A stretch of 64,000 nucleotides of DNA from Nitrospinaceae bacterium (lineage in GTDB: Bacteria > Nitrospinota > Nitrospinia > Nitrospinales > Nitrospinaceae). The stretch covers positions 3,424,001-3,488,000 of the forward strand of contig OZ245011.1 of the NCBI GenBank assembly GCA_965223665.1, read 5' to 3'. This document shows, piece by piece, positions 9,748 through 19,597 of the stretch; positions within the stretch are counted from its first letter, which is position 1, and every line of letters begins with the position of its first letter. Made by a program: the position numbers and the translations under genes. A model generated the notes under the pieces. That model searched no databases and had not been told where the DNA came from. It was given only the letters and a program-made list of their open reading frames with translations.

Positions 9748-11127
9748 ATGAAAATTTTAGTCACAGGAGCCACAGGTTTTATTGGCAATAGGTTGCTTTT
9801 AAAACTGCGAGACCTTGACCATGAAGTGGTTGTATTAACCCGTGATCCTAAAAATGCGGTAACGCGACTTCCTGTTCATTGCAAAATTTATGGATGGGAT
9901 CCTGCCTTGCTTGAACCGCCTCGGGAGGCCTTGGAGGGTGTCGATGCGGTGATTCATTTGGCGGGTAAGAATATTTTTGGGCGATGGACGGAGAGCCGGA
10001 AAAATGAGCTCTATAGATCTCGGATCCTATCCACCCATAATTGGGTTAGAGTTTTTAATGAAATGGATGAGAAACCCCAAACCTTTATTTCCCCTTCAGG
10101 AATTGGGGTCTATGGTGATCGTGGCGACGAAGAGTTAGATGAAGAATCTTCCTTGGGAAGTGATTATTTAGCTCATTTATGTCATCAATGGGAAAAAGAA
10201 GCTCTTGCGGCCCAAGACCTTGGGATTCGCACGGTAGTTTTCAGAATTGGGGTTGCTTTAGGAAGTGAAGGAGGCGCTCTAAACTTGATGCTTCCTGCAT
10301 TTAGATTAGGATTAGGTGGAAAATGTGGTGACGGAAAGCAATGGTTCAGTTGGATACACGTGGATGACCTGGTTGATATGATGATTTTCGCCTTAGAAAA
10401 TAAGCAAATTCAAGGTCCCATAAATGCAGTTAGTGCAAATTGTGTTACCAATGCAGAATTCTCGAAATTCTTAGGTCAATCCTTAAATCGTCCGACATGG
10501 TTTACGGCACCAAAATTTTTATTGAAGATGGCTTTGGGGGAAATGGCAGATGTAATTTTAGGAGGACAAAAGGTTAAGCCTAAGAAAGCATTAGAAGCGG
10601 GTTTTACTTTTAAATATCCCCATCTGGACAAAGCCCTGGAAACAGAATCAGATAAGAAAACCCATAACTTATATATGGAGCAATGGGTACCTCAACCGAT
10701 AGAAAAAGCATTCGAATTTTTTTCCAATGCCAAGAACCTTGAAACTCTAACTCCAAGATTTCTAAACTTTAAAGTTTTAAGTCAATCTTCAGAAGAGTTA
10801 AAAGAAGGTGTTCGAATTAATTATCAATTAAAACTGTATGGAATCCCCTTTCGATGGCAAACATTGATTACCGAATGGCATACAAACCAACAATTTTCAG
10901 ATGTGCAAGTAATTGGCCCTTATTGGTTATGGCATCATACCCATGAGTTTATTGCAAAAGAAAAGGGGACTTTGATCCGGGATCGGGTTACCTACCGTGT
11001 TCCATTATGGGTTTTTGGAGATATTTTTATTCTTCCTATTATAAAAAAAGACTTACATAAAATCTTTTCTTACCGCCACAAGATAGTTGAGGAAATTTTC
11101 GTTTCTAAAAACGAAGAGACACTCTAA
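9748..11127 (+). CDS. TIGR01777-family NAD-dependent epimerase fused to a C-terminal SRPBCC domain
   Basis: VTGATGFIG, GDGKQWFSWIH and GFTFKYP motifs; C-terminal FFSNAKNLETLTP...GPYWLWHHTHEF...RDRVTY. Confidence 0.9.
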   Translation: MKILVTGATGFIGNRLLLKLRDLDHEVVVLTRDPKNAVTRLPVHCKIYGWDPALLEPPREALEGVDAVIHLAGKNIFGRWTESRKNELYRSRILSTHNWVRVFNEMDEKPQTFISPSGIGVYGDRGDEELDEESSLGSDYLAHLCHQWEKEALAAQDLGIRTVVFRIGVALGSEGGALNLMLPAFRLGLGGKCGDGKQWFSWIHVDDLVDMMIFALENKQIQGPINAVSANCVTNAEFSKFLGQSLNRPTWFTAPKFLLKMALGEMADVILGGQKVKPKKALEAGFTFKYPHLDKALETESDKKTHNLYMEQWVPQPIEKAFEFFSNAKNLETLTPRFLNFKVLSQSSEELKEGVRINYQLKLYGIPFRWQTLITEWHTNQQFSDVQVIGPYWLWHHTHEFIAKEKGTLIRDRVTYRVPLWVFGDIFILPIIKKDLHKIFSYRHKIVEEIFVSKNEETL

Positions 11128-12137
11128 ATCCAATTCTTAACAAATGACCAGTAAGTTCCCAAGGCAGGGCTAAGTATCTTTTCCAGCAACGGACTTTTGA
11201 TTCCACTCAACTGCAAGTTATCCTTGTATAGTTCTATTATTTCTTTGTCAGAAACTTTACGTTTCTTTTGAAGAGATTTTCTTTTTGTTAAAATTTGAGG
11301 AAAAGATTTGATTAGTTCATAATAACTTTTGATTTTTAGTTGCAACCAACCGTGTGTGAGTGCATGGAACCATTGAGCCAATTCAATAATTATTAAAGCG
11401 GGAGTTATTAATAGGAGAGTTTTTGTTTGAAAGTTTTTAATTAAAATATGCAGCCGGTTTTTTTCAGAGTAGTAAAACTTCGAAAGGCCTTTGTTGAATT
11501 TGTAATGGTGATAAAATACTGCATCCGGACAAACCATCAGTTGGTAACCATTTAATCGAATTCTCCAGGATAAGTCATGGTCCTCATGATAAAGAAATAA
11601 TTCTTCATCAAAACCTCCAATAATATTGAACAGAGATCGACGAAATATAAAAATTCCTCCACAAGCCGAAGGTTGAGCCTTAAGATCCTCTGAATCCTGT
11701 TCTTCCAACATGTTTGGATAAGCCATTCCAGTAAAATGAATATTTACCCCGTAGGAATTTATTTTGTTTGGGTATTCACAAAATAGAATCTTTGGAATAA
11801 CCGCTCCAATAGAGGGATCTCTTTCTAAAAAATTAACAAGATGGCGAATACTATCGGGTTTTAAGACTAGATCATTATTTAGAAAAATAAAGTATTCACC
11901 CTGGGCAATATCAAATCCTCGATTGACTGCAGCGCCAAACCCTAAATTGACTTCATTTTCAATGAGGATTACTTGAGGAAAGTTTTTTTTAAAATATCCT
12001 TGAGATCCATCCGTAGATCCATTATCACTTACGATAATTTCTAAATTCGAGTAATCCTGTTTTAAAAGAGAATTGATACATTCTGCTGTGGTAATTTTAT
12101 CGTTCCAATTCACTATGATGGCAGAAACTTTATTCAT
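11124..12137 (-). CDS. Glycosyltransferase family 2
   Basis: IIVNWN, DNGSTDGS, NLGFG, FLNND and GGFDEELFLYHED motifs. Confidence 0.92.
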   Translation of the reverse strand: MNKVSAIIVNWNDKITTAECINSLLKQDYSNLEIIVSDNGSTDGSQGYFKKNFPQVILIENEVNLGFGAAVNRGFDIAQGEYFIFLNNDLVLKPDSIRHLVNFLERDPSIGAVIPKILFCEYPNKINSYGVNIHFTGMAYPNMLEEQDSEDLKAQPSACGGIFIFRRSLFNIIGGFDEELFLYHEDHDLSWRIRLNGYQLMVCPDAVFYHHYKFNKGLSKFYYSEKNRLHILIKNFQTKTLLLITPALIIIELAQWFHALTHGWLQLKIKSYYELIKSFPQILTKRKSLQKKRKVSDKEIIELYKDNLQLSGIKSPLLEKILSPALGTYWSFVKNWI

Positions 12138-12151
12138 AACAAAAGAAAAGA

Positions 12152-12556
12152 CTAATCTAAAATTTTTTGAAAGAAAGTATCTGGGTCATTTGGGTCGAAT
12201 GGCTCATAAGAATATACGATCAGGACCATTTGATCAGGACCAATATTCTTTATTGCGTGAATGGTTCCTGGAGGAATGCAAATGGATTTAGGGTCCTTTT
12301 CACTTAAAAATATTTCTTTAGTTTCACCTGTTGTTTTATTTTTTAATAAAAGCTGTGCTGAGCCACTGGTGACAAAAAACCATTCTGCTTTTCTAGTATG
12401 AAAGTGATTTCCTCGCACTTTCCCGGGCAATGCTACGGATACGTGAACTTGACCGAACTCCTTTTTTGGTCCAAGCCAGTCTCCCCGTAATGCTTCAAAT
12501 AACCAACCACGATGGTCGGACTTCTTAGTTAAACGTTCAACGATTAATCCTTCCAT
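12152..12556 (-). CDS. Cupin-fold nucleotide-sugar epimerase/isomerase (CapF/WbjC C-terminal-like)
   Basis: DHRG, PGKVRGNHFH, IPPGTIHAIKN and EPFDPNDPDT match the CapF cupin domain as I recall it. Confidence 0.85.
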   Translation of the reverse strand: MEGLIVERLTKKSDHRGWLFEALRGDWLGPKKEFGQVHVSVALPGKVRGNHFHTRKAEWFFVTSGSAQLLLKNKTTGETKEIFLSEKDPKSICIPPGTIHAIKNIGPDQMVLIVYSYEPFDPNDPDTFFQKILD

Positions 12557-12557
12557 T

Positions 12558-13424
12558 TTATTTTAATCTTTCAAACCATTTAAGGGTTTGGATGATACCT
12601 TTCTCTAATGACACAGAGGGTTTCCATTTAAAACGCTTTTTAAATTTAGAATTATCCAGACAATATGCTTTAGGTCCTATGTCAGCGGTTTCAATAAAAT
12701 TAATTTTTGTTGCAGGACGGATGTCTTTAATTTTTTTTGCAATTTGATTTAAGGTTGTTACTTTTGCTGAGCTTAAATTAAAAACACCCTGTTTTTTTGA
12801 TGGAAATTTCCCGACTTTTAAAAAAGCGTCAATTACATCTTCAATATAAATAAAGTCGCGTCCCTGATTCCCTTTTCCGTGAATTATTAAGGGGTTTTTT
12901 TTTATGGCGTTCTCACAAAATGTTGCAACCACGGAATTATATTTGGCTTTACATTTTGGGCCATATACATTGCTTAACCTTAAAATTGTAAAGGGGATTC
13001 CAGAAATTCGAATTAAATCTTCCGCAGCCTTTTTTGCTATGCCATAAACCGTAGGTGGCCTAATAATTTTTCCTTCACCGATAGGTTTTGTTGAAGGCTG
13101 GTATATCTGCCCTGATGAAGCAAAAATAAGGTGTGGAAACGGTTTCCCATTTTCTAATAGTGCAGAGATCAAATTTTGTGTATTAATAATATTTCCACTT
13201 AAAATCTCTTCATCAGTTCCACGGTTGACACCCCCTAAGTGGTAAATAAAATCTAGTTGATTACACTTTTTCTTCAGAAATTTAGATTCCAGCCTCCCTG
13301 ATTTTGAAGAGCGAACTAGGGGAATCACCCCTACCATGGAATTTTTATCAAGTGTTTCCAAAAGATGGGAGCCAATAAAACCTCGGGTTCCAGTTATGCC
13401 GATACGTAAGGGTTTTGTAACCAT
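12558..13424 (-). CDS. NAD-dependent nucleotide-sugar reductase/epimerase (CapF/WbjC N-terminal-like SDR)
   Basis: ITGTRGFIG, HLGGVNR, YGIAK and NVYGPKCKAKYNSVVATFC. Confidence 0.87.
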   Translation of the reverse strand: MVTKPLRIGITGTRGFIGSHLLETLDKNSMVGVIPLVRSSKSGRLESKFLKKKCNQLDFIYHLGGVNRGTDEEILSGNIINTQNLISALLENGKPFPHLIFASSGQIYQPSTKPIGEGKIIRPPTVYGIAKKAAEDLIRISGIPFTILRLSNVYGPKCKAKYNSVVATFCENAIKKNPLIIHGKGNQGRDFIYIEDVIDAFLKVGKFPSKKQGVFNLSSAKVTTLNQIAKKIKDIRPATKINFIETADIGPKAYCLDNSKFKKRFKWKPSVSLEKGIIQTLKWFERLK

Positions 13425-14344
13425 TGGCGAATTTGTTCAATTCCAGCTGTTAAATCTGTTTTGGGTTCCCAACCCAGCAAGTGTTTTGCTTTGGAAGAGT
13501 CGCACAAAAGTTTTTTAATTTCGGATTGTGGGTGGTGATGCTCAATGAATTGAATTTTTTCAGGATCGCTACATATCATTTTCGCAAGATAATAAATAGT
13601 GAAATCTCTTCCCAATCCAGCGTTAATAACCTGACCCAATGCATTTTCATTGGTAGAGGCCGTATAAAGAAATTCCACACAATCTTCTACATATAGGAAA
13701 TCACGAGTTTGAGTACCGTCCCCAAAAATTTTTATGGGTTGTTTTTCCTTTGCTTGTTTTACAAAAATTGAAATTACCCCACCCTCAAGATTATGTTTTT
13801 GAAACGGGCCATATGTATTAAAAGGACGACATATAACAATGGGAAGCCCATAGCTATAATAGTAAGATTCTGCTAATTGTTCAGCAGCTAATTTGGAACC
13901 TGCATAAGGAGAAACTGGTTTAAGAGGATGATCTTCTGCAATGGCCTTTTTACTCTCTGCTAAATCATAAACCATGCACGTTCCCATTAATAGCAGTTTT
14001 GTTTTATTAGGTTTGCAGGCTTCTAAGATGTTAAAAGTTCCTTCAACATTTACTGAAAATGATTTTTGAGGATTTTCTAAACTTTCATGGACATTGATTT
14101 GTGCGGCCAAATGGTAAACCATATCAAAGCGGGTTTTGAATAAAGTTTCCAGCACTTTTGTGTTTCGGATGTCGTCAATGACTACTGCCTTCAAATAGGG
14201 ATTTCCTCTGAATTCATCAAGGTTACTCTCTTGTCCATTATCAAGGTTATCAAGCACCCAAACTTCGATATGTTCATCAAGTAGCTTTTTTACTAACCAG
14301 CGACCGATGAACCCGGCTCCTCCTGTAACTAAGGCTTTTTTCAT
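13394..14344 (-). CDS. NAD-dependent epimerase/dehydratase (extended SDR)
   Basis: VTGGAGFIG, YAGSK, RPFNTYGP and GDGTQTRDF. ATG at 14344 overlaps the upstream TGA (ATGA). Confidence 0.92.
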   Translation of the reverse strand: MKKALVTGGAGFIGRWLVKKLLDEHIEVWVLDNLDNGQESNLDEFRGNPYLKAVVIDDIRNTKVLETLFKTRFDMVYHLAAQINVHESLENPQKSFSVNVEGTFNILEACKPNKTKLLLMGTCMVYDLAESKKAIAEDHPLKPVSPYAGSKLAAEQLAESYYYSYGLPIVICRPFNTYGPFQKHNLEGGVISIFVKQAKEKQPIKIFGDGTQTRDFLYVEDCVEFLYTASTNENALGQVINAGLGRDFTIYYLAKMICSDPEKIQFIEHHHPQSEIKKLLCDSSKAKHLLGWEPKTDLTAGIEQIRQWLQNPYVSA

Positions 14345-15297
14345 AGATGTTTCCGATACCAATTAATTGTTCGTTTGAGACCTTCTTCTAGGGAGAACTC
14401 TGGTTTCCAATTTGTTTTTTTTCTTATTAGCGAATAATCTGCCTCTAGTGACATTAAGTCGGCGTTTCTTCCAGGGACAAATTTAATTTCAGACTTGGAT
14501 TCTGCAAGTTCTTTTATTAAATAAGCCAGTTCTTTAATAGAAGTTTGCTTTTGAGTTCCAATGTTGAATACTTCACCTGCAAATTGCTTATCTTTGGTAG
14601 TGACAAGAGAATAAGCTCGGATAGCATCTTTGACATATTGAAAATCTCTTGTCTGATTTCCACCGTCATGAATGGTTATGGGTTCATTTTTTAAACAACG
14701 CATGATAAAGGAAGATACGACTCCCGCATTTCCTGAAATGTCCTGGTTTTCCCCGTAAGTATTAAAATTTCGAATAATGGTTACCGGATAGTGATACCAC
14801 TCATGCATTGCTTTACAATGTTTTTCTGCAGCTAACTTAGTTACCGCATATATACTTCGGGGCAACATAGGATGGTTAATATCCATAGGGGTATAAATTG
14901 GGTTGCCGTAAACCTCTGGGGACGAGGCATATATCATCATGGGCCAGTTCTCGGTCCGCACCAAAGTCTGCATAAGTCGAAAAGTGCCCCATTCATTATT
15001 TTTAAAATAGCCATCCGCTTGTTCCATCGATTCGGGGATAGAAATAAAAGCAGCAAGATGGATAACCGTATCTAACTGCATATCGTTTAACTCTTTAACG
15101 GTCAGGTCATAAAAGCTTTTGCGGATTAAGGTGAACTTTTTGCGGAAAGCTTCTGATTTGATAAAAGGATCCGGTTCAAAATACCAGCGGGAAAAATCAT
15201 CTATTCCATACACTCGGGTAACATCTTCGCGTTGGACTAATAAGTCCACCAAATGAACCCCATACATTCCGGCTGCGCCGGTAACTAAAATATTCAT
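14341..15297 (-). CDS. NAD-dependent epimerase/dehydratase (extended SDR)
   Basis: VTGAAGMYG, ASSPEVYG, YAVTK, RNFNTYG and QTRDF. Confidence 0.92.
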   Translation of the reverse strand: MNILVTGAAGMYGVHLVDLLVQREDVTRVYGIDDFSRWYFEPDPFIKSEAFRKKFTLIRKSFYDLTVKELNDMQLDTVIHLAAFISIPESMEQADGYFKNNEWGTFRLMQTLVRTENWPMMIYASSPEVYGNPIYTPMDINHPMLPRSIYAVTKLAAEKHCKAMHEWYHYPVTIIRNFNTYGENQDISGNAGVVSSFIMRCLKNEPITIHDGGNQTRDFQYVKDAIRAYSLVTTKDKQFAGEVFNIGTQKQTSIKELAYLIKELAESKSEIKFVPGRNADLMSLEADYSLIRKKTNWKPEFSLEEGLKRTINWYRKHL

Positions 15298-15422
15298 CTT
15301 GTTTTTTTATTAGGGGTGGCAATACCCTTTAAAAGTTTGTTTAGGACAAGGGTTATTATGTTAACCTGCTGAAAATAAAAATACGGGTCATAGTCTTTAT
15401 CGAACAAAAGTAGGGAAAACTT

Positions 15423-16535
15423 TTGAGATTCTTTTACCTAATTATTACGATAACGGTCATTTTGGGGATGTCAACTGCTGCAGGTAGAGCCGAAAAACCC
15501 TTTCGTTCGGCTTTAAAGGGCTATAACTACCAATTTCCACGTGATTTTTATGCGCATGAGGATTTTCGCATTGAATGGTGGTATTACACCGGAAACTTAG
15601 CCGATAAGGGAGGTAAAGAATATGGATATCAACTAACTTTTTTCCGAGTGGGTCTTGATCCACAAAAAAAAATACAAAATCCTTCAAAATGGGCCGTTAG
15701 GCAAATTTATTTCGCTCATATGACCGTGACAGATATTGATTCAGGAGAGTTTTTCTTTTTTGAACGAGTCAATCGGAAAGGTCTGGGTCAAGCGGGAGCG
15801 TCCTCAGACAAACTTTTTGTTTGGAATGAAGATTGGGTTCTTTCGGAAAAAAGTGGAAAACATCACTTGGTGGCAAATGAATCTAGGGTAGGATTAGATC
15901 TTTGGTTAACCCCAGAAAAAGAACTGGTAATCCACGGCAAGGAGGGAATCAGTAAAAAAGGGGATACTCCCGGGAATGCCTCCCATTATTTTTCTTTTAC
16001 TCGAATGAAAACTCAAGGAAAATTAAAAGTAAACGGAAAAGAGGTTCTGGTGAATGGTTCCAGTTGGATGGACCATGAGTTTTCCAGCAATCAGTTGAGT
16101 TCGAACCAAATTGGTTGGGATTGGTTTTCCCTTAAATTAAACAATTTTGAAGAGATTATGCTGTATCAAATCCGTTTAAAGGGTGGGGGAGTCGAAAAGA
16201 ATTCCAGCGGTACTTGGGTCAAAGCAAATGGGGAAAAAATTCATTTACCCTTTTCAAGCTATAAAATATCTACCCAAGGCAGTTGGACAAGTGAAATTAC
16301 CGAGGCAACCTATCCTTCAGGTTGGATTATAGAATTGCCTGAACATTCCATTCGTTTACAGGTTTCGCCTGATGTTGCAAATCAAGAGTTGACTCAATTA
16401 CGTTCCATTGCATCTTCCTATTGGGAGGGAAGTGTGACAGTCGATGGGATTATTGATGGTAAAAAAATTTCTGGAAAAGGCTACGTGGAACTAGTCGGAT
16501 ACCAAAAGGATTTAAGACAAGAGTTACCCAATTAA
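15423..16535 (+). CDS. Exported AttH/CrtC-like lipocalin-domain protein
   Basis: Signal peptide; EWWYYTGNL, GYQLTFFR, WMDHEF, GWDWF, YWEG and GYVELVGY. Confidence 0.88.
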   Translation: MRFFYLIITITVILGMSTAAGRAEKPFRSALKGYNYQFPRDFYAHEDFRIEWWYYTGNLADKGGKEYGYQLTFFRVGLDPQKKIQNPSKWAVRQIYFAHMTVTDIDSGEFFFFERVNRKGLGQAGASSDKLFVWNEDWVLSEKSGKHHLVANESRVGLDLWLTPEKELVIHGKEGISKKGDTPGNASHYFSFTRMKTQGKLKVNGKEVLVNGSSWMDHEFSSNQLSSNQIGWDWFSLKLNNFEEIMLYQIRLKGGGVEKNSSGTWVKANGEKIHLPFSSYKISTQGSWTSEITEATYPSGWIIELPEHSIRLQVSPDVANQELTQLRSIASSYWEGSVTVDGIIDGKKISGKGYVELVGYQKDLRQELPN

Positions 16536-16543
16536 ATACTTCA

Positions 16544-17308
16544 CTATTGAGGGTAAGGCAAAATTAAACTTAAGCAAGTTACCCCTCCATCGGCTTTTTC
16601 AAATTCGCTCATTGAAATGGGAAGAGGTTTCCATCCTTGATTGGAAAGAGTTTCAGTTAATTTGGGGAATCCTTTCGGTAAAATCACATTATCCCCTATT
16701 GCCAGGCAATTGGCAGCATAGCTTTCCTTGGGGTCCACTATTATTTTTTTAAATCCGTTAAAATGAGAGTCATCGACCATCTTAGGATTCAAAACTATAG
16801 TATTATTTCCTAAATAACTTACCGATGATTTCAAATGAAGATCCTTATTGACTTCAACGGGAATAATTTTTTTTGGTGAGTTTTTTGCCAGTTCTAAAAC
16901 GGCGTTATGGTTTGTTCGAGAGGATTGTCCAATAAAAATAACCTTTTCTGTCTGTAAAATATCCCCTCCATCAATAGTAACTGGTGAAAATAAAACCTCA
17001 ACTTTAAGGAACTCTTCTAATTCTTTCTTGGTTAAATCTGTCTCCCCTTTTCTGGTGGAAGACTTCATGGAACAAAGCAAAGCCTTATTTTCAAGGATTA
17101 TTGCATTGTCTTCAATGAATACACTATCCGGGAAATTTTCTAAAGGGGGTAAAGTTCTTACTTGGATTCCGGATTTTCTTAAAGACTTTACGTATTCATT
17201 ATGCTGCTTTAAGGCCGTTCGGAATTCAATGGTTTCCCTATCTGGATGATTTGATATTGCCTTAACAAACGAGGTACCGGGAGAACGGACCATTGCCAAC
17301 AAATTCAT
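16544..17308 (-). CDS. Dimethylarginine dimethylaminohydrolase / amidinotransferase family protein
   Basis: PDSVFIED, DGGD, LHLKS, YAANC and EFEKADGGVTCLS (catalytic Cys). Confidence 0.9.
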   Translation of the reverse strand: MNLLAMVRSPGTSFVKAISNHPDRETIEFRTALKQHNEYVKSLRKSGIQVRTLPPLENFPDSVFIEDNAIILENKALLCSMKSSTRKGETDLTKKELEEFLKVEVLFSPVTIDGGDILQTEKVIFIGQSSRTNHNAVLELAKNSPKKIIPVEVNKDLHLKSSVSYLGNNTIVLNPKMVDDSHFNGFKKIIVDPKESYAANCLAIGDNVILPKGFPKLTETLSNQGWKPLPISMSEFEKADGGVTCLSLILPYPQ

Positions 17309-17313
17309 GACAA

Positions 17314-17802
17314 TTATTTTTTTGTTTTTTCCTCTAAGGTGGGCATATTCATGAGACGAGAAATATATAGCATGGTTAATTTCTTTTTGCAGACTTTATA
17401 TCGTTTCAAAATTTCCTTAGTAGGTAAAAGTGAATCATCGGTCCGGTGTTTCTGGGCCATGTATACTACCCCATTGACAAAAGTGAAGTCGTGTTTGGTG
17501 AAGCGCATTTTTTTTCGCAGATATTCATCAGGGTGATGATATAGTTCGTCTAGTTTCGGTAAAAATTTTTCATCTATTTCGTATAATATTCCCTCCATCA
17601 TTCCTAAATTACTATCTGTTGGAACAATATTAGGATCGCCAACTCCCTCAACACCTTGGTTGTCAACAGGGATCTTATTGAATTTTAAACGATAAGCCGA
17701 AAGGGTGACGCTAAAGGAAGCATTATATTCGAGCCCGTGCTCTTCCATTTTTTGAGGAATCATCATTTCATCGTAAGCGAACCAATGGATAAAGTTGGGC
17801 AT
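17314..17802 (-). CDS. Gamma-glutamylcyclotransferase-like protein
   Basis: WFAY-type start, YRLKFNK, NIVP, EGILYEI and LDE..Y pattern; the canonical YGS is altered to YDE. Confidence 0.7.
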   Translation of the reverse strand: MPNFIHWFAYDEMMIPQKMEEHGLEYNASFSVTLSAYRLKFNKIPVDNQGVEGVGDPNIVPTDSNLGMMEGILYEIDEKFLPKLDELYHHPDEYLRKKMRFTKHDFTFVNGVVYMAQKHRTDDSLLPTKEILKRYKVCKKKLTMLYISRLMNMPTLEEKTKK

Positions 17803-18066
17803 AAAGTCACTCCTGAATTAGAAAATTTAATGGGTTTTTGAAACCTTACCAAATATTACAGGCAAGTTTCAAAAAGTTTTTCTAATATTTTTTGAATCAT
17901 TTTAGTCCTTTTATGAATCTTCCTTGAAAAGAAGGTATAAATGTTTTAGGGTTATAGGGTCGAGAGAAGGTATGTTTCCAATTCCTTTTTCGAAATCATG
18001 CCAATAAATCCATTTGGGCCTTCCGGTAAGGGCAATTAAAGAATTACATCTTAAGGAGATCAATTT

Positions 18067-18399
18067 ATGTCTGGCAGCAAAATTGTTACAGTTTCGGATT
18101 CTGAGTTTGACTCATCCGTATTAAATGCAGGAAAACCCGCTTTAATCGATTTTTGGGCGGAATGGTGCCAGCCCTGCAAAATGTTGGCCCCTACGGTAGA
18201 GGAGCTTGCAAATGATTATGATGGTCAGGTTTTGGTTGGAAAACTTAACGTAGATGATAATCCCAATACTGCAACTAAATATGGAATTCGGGGAATTCCA
18301 ACTCTATTGTTGTTTAAGGATGGTCAGGTAGTTCAGCAGGTGGTTGGGGTCAAATCCAAAGCAGAAATCAAAAAAATTATTGATGAGAATATTGCATAA
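18067..18399 (+). CDS. trxA: Thioredoxin
   Basis: DFWAEWCQPCK and GIRGIPTL; SD AAGGAG. Confidence 0.96.
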   Translation: MSGSKIVTVSDSEFDSSVLNAGKPALIDFWAEWCQPCKMLAPTVEELANDYDGQVLVGKLNVDDNPNTATKYGIRGIPTLLLFKDGQVVQQVVGVKSKAEIKKIIDENIA

Positions 18400-18407
18400 T
18401 GTAGTGG

Positions 18408-18433
18408 AACCCCTCGGATATATTGAGGGGTTT
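18408..18433. terminator. Intrinsic terminator hairpin between convergent trxA and bioB
   Basis: AACCCCTC-N9-GAGGGGTT stem followed by a T-rich run on the + strand. Confidence 0.65.
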
Positions 18434-19472
18434 AGTTTTTTTGTTCCTCTTTAGAAGCTACTCCACTCATTCCAATAGATTCAGCAGATTCAAAAACAGG
18501 GTAAAGTCCTAAACTTTCTATCATTTCTATATCTCTTTTGGGATCTTGTCCTTTAGTAGTCAGGTAATCTCCACCTAGAATCCCATTTGCACCTGCAGCA
18601 AACAATTTTTCTTGCTGATCGGCAAGTATTTCTTCTCGACCTCCGCAAACAAAAAAGTCCATCTTGGGCATGACTAACCGAAGTAAAGCAATGGTTTTTA
18701 ACGCTTCATAGACGGGTAAAAGCTTTAGAGATTGAAGGGCGGTTCCTTCAATGGGTTTTAAAAAATTGATAGGAAAGGTATCGGTATCCAATTCTCTTAT
18801 TGCTAATGCAAGCTCTACTCTTTGGGCAAAAGATTCTCCCATTCCAAAGATACCGCCTACACAAACCTGCAAACCTGCTTCCTTAGCGTTTCGTACTGCT
18901 TCCACTTCGTCTTGATAAGAGTGTGTAGTTACAATTTGATCAAAGTGGCTCTCTGAAGTTTCGAGATTATGGTGGAATCGATCTAATCCCGCTTCTTTAA
19001 GTTCTTTTAAGTGTTCAGTTTTCATTAAACCCAATGAACTGCATGTTTCAAGATTGGTTTCTTCTTTAATACGCCGAATGGCTTGTTTTAAAATATTTAG
19101 TTCTTTTGGATCATTTATAGATGTTCCGGAGGTTACGACGGAAAATTCATTGGAGCCAAATGCCTCGGCTCTTTTGGCCGCAGAAACAATTTCATCGACA
19201 TCCATCATTTCATATTCAGGAGATTCTGTCTCAAAACTAGAGGATTGAGCACAGAACCCACAATTTTCAGGACATTTCCCAGACTTTGCATTTACAATAG
19301 AGCAAATTTTTACTTCACTACCTTTGAATTTGCTACGAATTTTGTCTGTTCCCTGGAATAAATACTCCAATTCTTTCTGGTCAAGGTTATCTAAAGCTAA
19401 AGCTTGTTCTTTGGAAATACCTTCGCCAGAAAGAGCATGATTTATAATTGAATCAATAAATTCTTTTTTCAT
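18432..19472 (-). CDS. bioB: Biotin synthase (radical SAM)
   Basis: NAKSGKCPENCGFCAQS, HHNLETS, PINFL, GGRE and AGANGI..DYLTT.G. Confidence 0.95.
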   Translation of the reverse strand: MKKEFIDSIINHALSGEGISKEQALALDNLDQKELEYLFQGTDKIRSKFKGSEVKICSIVNAKSGKCPENCGFCAQSSSFETESPEYEMMDVDEIVSAAKRAEAFGSNEFSVVTSGTSINDPKELNILKQAIRRIKEETNLETCSSLGLMKTEHLKELKEAGLDRFHHNLETSESHFDQIVTTHSYQDEVEAVRNAKEAGLQVCVGGIFGMGESFAQRVELALAIRELDTDTFPINFLKPIEGTALQSLKLLPVYEALKTIALLRLVMPKMDFFVCGGREEILADQQEKLFAAGANGILGGDYLTTKGQDPKRDIEMIESLGLYPVFESAESIGMSGVASKEEQKN

Positions 19473-19597
19473 ACCTTTAACCTTTTGGTTTTCTTAGCTT
19501 GATATAAAAAATGTAATAAACGTTAAATTGAAAAATAAGGAAAAATACTAACACAACCTATTGGGAAAAGAAATGGATTACCTAATCAACTATTAAG

